Origin: an uncultured Anaeroplasmataceae bacterium
GTDB taxonomy: Bacteria > Bacillota_I > Bacilli_A > Acholeplasmatales > Anaeroplasmataceae
Reading direction: 5' to 3'
Length of the DNA: 64,000 nt
Assembly (NCBI GenBank): GCA_949840955.1
Contig: CATKXV010000004.1
Span: 63,804 to 127,803, forward strand
Part shown: positions 58,454-64,000 of the stretch, one piece after another
Numbering within the stretch: position 1 is the first letter of the stretch
Layout of the letters: the number at the start of each line of letters is the position of its first letter
Made by a program: the position numbers and the translations under genes
The notes under the pieces: generated by a model
The model's input: only the letters and a program-made list of their open reading frames with translations
The model's database searches: none
Told to the model about the DNA's origin: nothing

Positions 58454-59245
58454 TTAATCTATAATCCCTTTCCTATATTCTACCTTAAAGGCGGTTGCCA
58501 GCTGAATTAGCTCCTCATTTTTTATGGATTGGATTATTTTTTTATCACAAATTTTCATATAAATTTCTGCTGCCTTTTCTATGGTTTCAATAAGTCCAAA
58601 AACCTCATCTAACGTTTTTCCTGTACAAAAAATTCCATGCTGAGCCCATACTACAGAACGATAGTCCTTCATATGAGCAGCGGTTGCATCTCCAATTTCT
58701 TCTCCACCACAAAGCATCCAAGGTAATACAGCAATCCCCTCAGGAAAAACAACAATAGATTCTGTCTGCATCTTCCATAGGGTTTCTGTAAATCGATTGG
58801 AATCCAAGGAATGAATATGAGTCATGCAAATGATATTTGTTGGATGACAATGTATCACCAAACGATGCAAAGGGTCTACCTTTAATCTTTCTATATGACA
58901 TTTTAAGTGTGTTGGAGCCTCTGAGGTTGGGCTTCCTCCATCCTCATATCCCCATAGTAAAGAAAGGGTATGTGCATCCTCAACACGTAAAATTCCTAAA
59001 TTATTTTTCGGATCCTTTAGGCAGTTTTTAAAATATTTTCCAGTTCCTGTAATCAAAATATATTTTCCAATCAGCTCCTTCATATCGAAGCTATAGGAAA
59101 AGGTTCTTAATGGATGATGGATATCACAAATATCCTTTACCTCCTCTTCGCTTAGGAGATAGGATAAATTACCACCATTTCGCTCATCCCAATTGTGTTT
59201 ATATAATAAATCTATGATTTGTATAACATCCTGTATTGTGTTCAT
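58454..59245 (-). CDS. rhaD: rhamnulose-1-phosphate aldolase (class II aldolase fold)
   Basis: 263 aa with WDERNGGNLS and the metal-ligand region VIHCHPTN...HIH. Positioned after rhaB-rhaA. Confidence 0.82.
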   Translation of the reverse strand: MNTIQDVIQIIDLLYKHNWDERNGGNLSYLLSEEEVKDICDIHHPLRTFSYSFDMKELIGKYILITGTGKYFKNCLKDPKNNLGILRVEDAHTLSLLWGYEDGGSPTSEAPTHLKCHIERLKVDPLHRLVIHCHPTNIICMTHIHSLDSNRFTETLWKMQTESIVVFPEGIAVLPWMLCGGEEIGDATAAHMKDYRSVVWAQHGIFCTGKTLDEVFGLIETIEKAAEIYMKICDKKIIQSIKNEELIQLATAFKVEYRKGIID

Positions 59246-59247
59246 TC

Positions 59248-60480
59248 TTATTTTCTCCTTTGAAGTACTTCTTTTTCATAGAGGCATACCTGCTCAAACC
59301 ATTCTTTTTCCTGCAAACAGCCCTCTTTTTTACAATATTCCTCCCATACCTCAGTCCATGGTAAGGTTTTAATCTCCTCCTGTAAGGCTAAAACCTTCGT
59401 ATGATTCATTGTATCCTGGGCATGCTTCAGCTCCTCCCAAGGGGTAAGCATAGCCTTTAACAAAGCCTTCTCCATATTTCTTGCTCCTATAACTAACGCA
59501 GCAACTCGGTTAATGGAAGCATCAAAATAATCTAATCCAATATAAGCCTTGTCTAAAGCATTACATTTGACAAGCTCATCTGCTACATCCTGTAAATCAT
59601 CATTCAGCTTTAAAACATGATCCGAATCCCAACGAACAGGTCGAGAAACATGAAAGGCTAGCTTCGGATAAAACAATAGCATAGAGGATATTTTATCTGC
59701 GACATTTTCTGTCGGATGAAAATGTCCTGTATCCAATAAGCAAAGGATATTATTTTTAGCAGCATAGTTTAAATAAAATTCATTCGAACCAACGGTATAG
59801 GATTCAACCCCAATTCCAAATACCTTGGATTCTACGGATATGTCCATAAAGGTAGGATCATATGAGCATGCCAAAATTTGATCTAAGGAATCCTTTAATC
59901 GCGCTCTAGGCCCCATACGATCTGCTGGAACCTCCTTTAAGCCATCTGGAATCCAAATATTACATAAGGCTTTTTGATGTAATTGCTTCCCAAATTCCTC
60001 TGTGATTTTAACACACTGGATACAATGCTTTATCCAATACGAACGAATGCGCTCATCAGGGGAAGACAAGCTAAGTCCATCCTTTAGCATAGGCGATGCA
60101 AAAATGGTTGGATTAAAGTCTAATCCAAGCTTTCTTTTTTTAGCATACTCCAGCCAAGGCTCAAATTGCTTTATGCTAATATCACTTCTATCCACAATCG
60201 GATCAACCTGATAAGAGGCATGTAAATTAATCTTCTTAGCTCCTGGTATATATTTTAAAGCTACATCTAAATCCTCTGTCAGCTCCTGAAAGTTTCTTGC
60301 CTTCCCTGGATAATCTCCTGTAGTTTGAATTCCTCCAGAAAGTGTTCCTATATTTTCAAATCCAGCCACATCATCCAATTGCCAGCAGTGGATGCTGATT
60401 TTTACCTCTGCGAGCTTCTTTAAAACCTGATCTACATCAATTCCATAATTTTTATAAATTTGCACTACTTCTTTTCTCAT
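59248..60480 (-). CDS. rhaA: L-rhamnose isomerase
   Basis: 410 aa with KISIHCWQLDDVAGFE and LDTGHFHPTE motifs. Confidence 0.9.
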   Translation of the reverse strand: MRKEVVQIYKNYGIDVDQVLKKLAEVKISIHCWQLDDVAGFENIGTLSGGIQTTGDYPGKARNFQELTEDLDVALKYIPGAKKINLHASYQVDPIVDRSDISIKQFEPWLEYAKKRKLGLDFNPTIFASPMLKDGLSLSSPDERIRSYWIKHCIQCVKITEEFGKQLHQKALCNIWIPDGLKEVPADRMGPRARLKDSLDQILACSYDPTFMDISVESKVFGIGVESYTVGSNEFYLNYAAKNNILCLLDTGHFHPTENVADKISSMLLFYPKLAFHVSRPVRWDSDHVLKLNDDLQDVADELVKCNALDKAYIGLDYFDASINRVAALVIGARNMEKALLKAMLTPWEELKHAQDTMNHTKVLALQEEIKTLPWTEVWEEYCKKEGCLQEKEWFEQVCLYEKEVLQRRK

Positions 60481-61790
60481 TTTTCTGTTCTCCTCATTTG
60501 TGAAATGATATTTCCTAAGGCTGTAGCCTCTATGGCATAGGCATATACCTTTTTTTGAGTAAATTCCTCTGTTAAAGCATTCAATAGCTCATTTTTAGCG
60601 CCTCCACCTACAATAGAAATGGAACTAAAGCTTCTACCTAAAATATGCTCAAGCTCATCAATCGCCTTCTTATAGGAGTAGGCTAACGAACGATAGGTCG
60701 TATATAGAATATCCTCATCCGTTTGAGGAATATCCATTTGCTTTCTTTTAAACCATCCTTGGATTTCTTCTTTCATATGTAACCCAGAAAGAAAGCAAGG
60801 ATCATTAACATCATATAGCCCTAAAAAATTACTTTTTCTTGCCATCGCAATCATCTCAGGAAAAGCTAAGTCCATTTGCTTTGCAAGGCATTGGATAATC
60901 CATAGCCCCATAATATTTTTTTGAAATCGTACATAGCTTGGTCCCATTTCATTTGAATAATTTACCTCTTTAGCCTGAGCAGTTGTAATAGCTGTATTCT
61001 CTTTTATTCCAAGTAATGACCACGTCCCACTCGATATATAAGGCTCTGAAAATAGATTGGGAATCCCCTCTACTGCGGAGGCTGTATCATGTGTTGGACA
61101 TAATACAACAGGGATATTTCCTCCAAGCTCTTTTTGAATGCTCTCCTTAAAGCTTCCAACTTCGTATCCTGGCTTTTTTAAATCCGTATAAAATTGCTTT
61201 GGAAAATCTAATTTTTCCCATATCCTTTTCGAATAACACTGCTTCCTCACATCTAGGCATCCCGTTGTTGAAGCATTCGTAAATTCTTTTACTTTTATAC
61301 CTGTAAGCATATACATAAGATATTCAGGAATCATTAGAAAATCGGTTGCTTCCGTTAATCTTCCCTGCTTTTTATCCCAGTACAGCTGATAAATTGTATT
61401 AAATTCCTGAAATTGAGAACCTGTAATCTGGTATAAGTCTTCAAAGGAAATCCTCTGATGAACCTCATCGATACTATCCTTTGTCCTAGTATCACGATAC
61501 GCATATACAGGCTGTATTATTTCATTATCCTTCAACAAAACATAGTCTACACCCCATGTATCTATGGACATGCTTTCAATTTTAGGATATTTTTCTAAGC
61601 ATACTCGTATTCCGTTTTTTACTTCTTTCCATAGCTCGTCCATATTCCATATAAAATGGTTATCCTTAAGAACAACTCCATTAGAAAAACGATATAGCTC
61701 TTCTAATACAATTTCTCCCTTTTCATTTTTAAAACCAATCATATGTCTTCCTGAAGAAGCTCCAATATCAATTGCCAAATATAGTTTCAT
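60477..61790 (-). CDS. rhaB: rhamnulokinase (FGGY family)
   Basis: LAIDIGASSGRHM and GGGAKNELLN motifs. The ATG at 61788-61790 is preferred over the track start. Confidence 0.88.
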   Translation of the reverse strand: MKLYLAIDIGASSGRHMIGFKNEKGEIVLEELYRFSNGVVLKDNHFIWNMDELWKEVKNGIRVCLEKYPKIESMSIDTWGVDYVLLKDNEIIQPVYAYRDTRTKDSIDEVHQRISFEDLYQITGSQFQEFNTIYQLYWDKKQGRLTEATDFLMIPEYLMYMLTGIKVKEFTNASTTGCLDVRKQCYSKRIWEKLDFPKQFYTDLKKPGYEVGSFKESIQKELGGNIPVVLCPTHDTASAVEGIPNLFSEPYISSGTWSLLGIKENTAITTAQAKEVNYSNEMGPSYVRFQKNIMGLWIIQCLAKQMDLAFPEMIAMARKSNFLGLYDVNDPCFLSGLHMKEEIQGWFKRKQMDIPQTDEDILYTTYRSLAYSYKKAIDELEHILGRSFSSISIVGGGAKNELLNALTEEFTQKKVYAYAIEATALGNIISQMRRTEK

Positions 61791-61922
61791 AACTTCATCT
61801 TCTTTTCCAACATTTTCTACATACAATCTTACCATAATTGGCCATGAAATTCAATAAACAAAGCACCAAGATGATTGCTTCAATATCCAATTCATGATAT
61901 AATTTTATGAGAGGTGCTTTTC

Positions 61923-63050
61923 ATGAAAGAAATTCAAATTATAGAAGAATATATTCAAAGATTATTAGATGAATCTACTCCTTTGAGCCCTATTTGGAAT
62001 GTAGAAATATTAAAGGGGAAGGAGCCTAGCTGGAATTATATAGATGGCTGCATGCTTTCATCCATTTTAGAGCTATATCGTTTAAGAAAAGATAGAAAGT
62101 ATTTAGATTTTGTAATTCATTATACAGACTATTTTGTTTCAGAGGATGGCAAAATAAAAACCTATGATCCATCCAACTATTCCCTAGATGATTTAAGTGA
62201 ATCTAGAATTCTTTTTGATCTATGGGAATATACTCAAAATGAAAAATATAGAAAAGCTATTGAATATACCTATACACAAATCAAGACCAATCCAAGAACA
62301 GTGGAAGGAAATTTTTGGCATAAGCCTCGGCATCCACATCAGGTGTGGTTAGATGGCTTATTTATGGCTCAGGTATTTTATATGCGCTATGAAACACAAA
62401 TGAATCATAAGTCCCACTATTCTGACATTCGACATCAATATGAGAATGTTCGTAAAATTATGTATAACGAGGAAGTAAAGCTTTATTATCACGGATATGA
62501 TTCTAGCAGACAATCCTTTTGGTGTGATAAAACAACAGGGCTTTCTAAGGGCTATTGGCTAAGAGCCTTAGGATGGTATATTACTTCTATTGTTGAGCTT
62601 TTATCGGATATGGATTCAACGCATGAGGATTATCCATTTTATCAAGACCTATTGAAAGAAGCCATAGATGGAATTCTTCTTTACCAGGATAAAAAATCAA
62701 AAATGTTTTATCAGGTTATCGACCAAATGGATAGAGAAGGAAATTATTTAGAAACCTCTGGATCTGCAATGATTTCCTATGTTTTATTAAAAGGAAGCCG
62801 GTTAGGTGTACTCCCTCCTAAATATCAAGCCATTGGTCTAGAGGTTTTTGATGGAATATGTAATACCTATCTCAGTGTCAAGGAGGGGAAAATAAATTTA
62901 GGTGGTATTTGTTTACTTGCTGGGTTAGGAAATGCTTTATTTAGAGACGGAAGCTTTGAATACTATATATCTGAGCCAATCGTAGAAAACGATGCAAAGG
63001 GCGTTGGCCCATTTATCATGGCTTATATTGAGCGATTAAAAGTAAATTAA
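61923..63050 (+). CDS. GH105 unsaturated rhamnogalacturonyl hydrolase (YteR-like)
   Basis: WNYIDGCML, VWLDGLFMAQVFY and GYWLRALGWY motifs. The ATG at 61923 follows GAGAGGTG; the track start is GTG 61914. Confidence 0.85.
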   Translation: MKEIQIIEEYIQRLLDESTPLSPIWNVEILKGKEPSWNYIDGCMLSSILELYRLRKDRKYLDFVIHYTDYFVSEDGKIKTYDPSNYSLDDLSESRILFDLWEYTQNEKYRKAIEYTYTQIKTNPRTVEGNFWHKPRHPHQVWLDGLFMAQVFYMRYETQMNHKSHYSDIRHQYENVRKIMYNEEVKLYYHGYDSSRQSFWCDKTTGLSKGYWLRALGWYITSIVELLSDMDSTHEDYPFYQDLLKEAIDGILLYQDKKSKMFYQVIDQMDREGNYLETSGSAMISYVLLKGSRLGVLPPKYQAIGLEVFDGICNTYLSVKEGKINLGGICLLAGLGNALFRDGSFEYYISEPIVENDAKGVGPFIMAYIERLKVN

Positions 63051-63057
63051 ATAAATA

Positions 63058-63108
63058 AAGGGGCTGTGAAAAACCTTACCTATTAAAAGTAGGCTTTCAC
63101 AGCTCCTT
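63058..63108. terminator. bidirectional terminator between convergent GH105 and GH28 genes
   Basis: GGGGCTGTGAAA (63060-63071) pairs with TTTCACAGCTCC (63095-63106). A-rich sequence precedes it and a run of 8 T follows. Confidence 0.7.
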
Positions 63109-64000
63109 TATTTTTTTTCATATTTGGTATTCCATACTTTTCCATTCAAGCATACGTTTTCCAAAAGAATGTCCTCAGCATTCTTTACTAAAATATCATT
63201 TTCTGCTTGTATTGTGGTATTGGAAATTGTTATATGATGAATTGGCTTTTGTTCTAATCCTTCTATTTTAATTGAATCTCTTGCTGCATCGCAATATACC
63301 CTATCTATGGATATATTCTTAAATTCCGGAATATCATCCTCAGCATAGGTTACATTTTTTTGTTCATTTGGATTCGTTGGATTATGAAACACATAGGACA
63401 TAGTTAGCAGAATCGCTTCAGCTTTAATTTGAGACATCATTATGTTTCTAACAACGATATTTTCCACTACTCCGCCTCTTCCCATAGCTGATTTAAAGCG
63501 TAGACCCACATCACTTCCAGAAAAAATACAGTTTTCAACCAATACATTTCGTACCCCACGACTCATTTCACTTCCTACAACAAATCCACCATGAGCATTA
63601 AATACCTTGCAATCATGAATCCATACATTTTCCGTGGGAGCATGGATGGCTCTTGCTGAACGGTTTTTCCCGGACTTGATACATATTCCATCATCTCCCA
63701 CCTCAAAATAGGAATGACTAATTTCACAATTCCTACAGGACTCTAAATCAAGCCCATCTCCATTTTGAGCATAAGAAACATTTTTAATATGGGCAGAATG
63801 AAGTGTAAAATTTGTGCAATATAAAGGATGAAGATTCCAAGCTGGAGAGTTCTGAATCGTCACATTTTCGATTAATACGGTATCACAGTGTCTTAAGGAA
63901 ACAAAAACAGGTCTAAAATAATCCCAAATTTCTCTAGCAATCTCTAAGGCATGAGCATCCTCATAATCTGGTTCTCCTTGGAGGATTCCCTTATAATAGG
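63108..64000 (-). CDS. GH28 polygalacturonase/rhamnogalacturonase family protein (partial; 5' end beyond window)
   Basis: NSPAWNLHP, DGLDLESC, GDDGICIKSG, GGFVVGSEMS and LRFKS motifs. The frame stays open upstream of the track GTG through to position 64000 (...YYKGILQGEPDYEDAHALEIAREIWDYFRPVFVSLRHCDTVLIENVTIQNSPAW). Confidence 0.88.
   Translation of the reverse strand, partial: YYKGILQGEPDYEDAHALEIAREIWDYFRPVFVSLRHCDTVLIENVTIQNSPAWNLHPLYCTNFTLHSAHIKNVSYAQNGDGLDLESCRNCEISHSYFEVGDDGICIKSGKNRSARAIHAPTENVWIHDCKVFNAHGGFVVGSEMSRGVRNVLVENCIFSGSDVGLRFKSAMGRGGVVENIVVRNIMMSQIKAEAILLTMSYVFHNPTNPNEQKNVTYAEDDIPEFKNISIDRVYCDAARDSIKIEGLEQKPIHHITISNTTIQAENDILVKNAEDILLENVCLNGKVWNTKYEKK

Overview
About 33% GC, tightly packed chromosomal segment of a low-GC Bacillota genome. 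Gene content resembles an Erysipelotrichia-like or Clostridia-like spore former, but the species cannot be named from sequence alone. About 64 CDS are supported, and all but three (rpmB, yigZ, GH105) lie on the minus strand. The backbone is housekeeping. From low to high coordinates: DUF951 (partial), rsmG-mnmG, a YolD/Y-family polymerase pair, and pgk-HPr-like-tpiA. Next comes an XRE-TPR regulator / Ig-like surface protein / dnaE / two orphan ORFs array, then cse60, nth-dnaD-dapB-rnc-plsX-recG-yloV and rpmB. After two inserted modules (below) come rpe-rsgA-PASTA protein-rlmN and pheST behind a Phe T-box. Further on: yhaM-pulA-cca, yigZ, spoIIID, a SpoIIQ-like M23 protein, ywzB, the full F1Fo atp operon preceded by rpiB-upp, and a rhamnose / rhamnogalacturonan cluster (GH43, unknown 610-aa protein, rhaDAB, GH105, GH28 partial). 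Gene order from rlmN to rnc follows the B. subtilis ylo region, which makes insertions and deletions visible. Two accessory modules are inserted between rpe and rpmB: an ArsR-HMA-ZIP-CadA metal operon, and an ECF sigma plus beta-propeller protein. Missing relative to that order are prpC and the prkC kinase domain, and fapR-fabD-fabG-acpP. I found no rRNA, tRNA, CRISPR array, IS element, prophage or recognisable defence system, and no convincing wholly novel multi-gene system. The best leads are listed here. (1) An ATP synthase c subunit with a two-carboxylate Na+-type ion site. (2) A PASTA-only PrkC remnant with no kinase. (3) An HPr paralogue lacking Arg17, embedded between pgk and tpiA. (4) An ECF sigma coupled to a COG4880 beta-propeller protein with almost no cytoplasmic domain. 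(5) Two tandem mosaic LRR lipoproteins, with a 35-nt relic of that family on the other side of pheST. (6) A membrane-protein gene broken at a (TGGG)2 repeat. (7) dnaE packed between uncharacterised genes. All functional calls come from motif recognition by eye and remembered family features; no database search was run.
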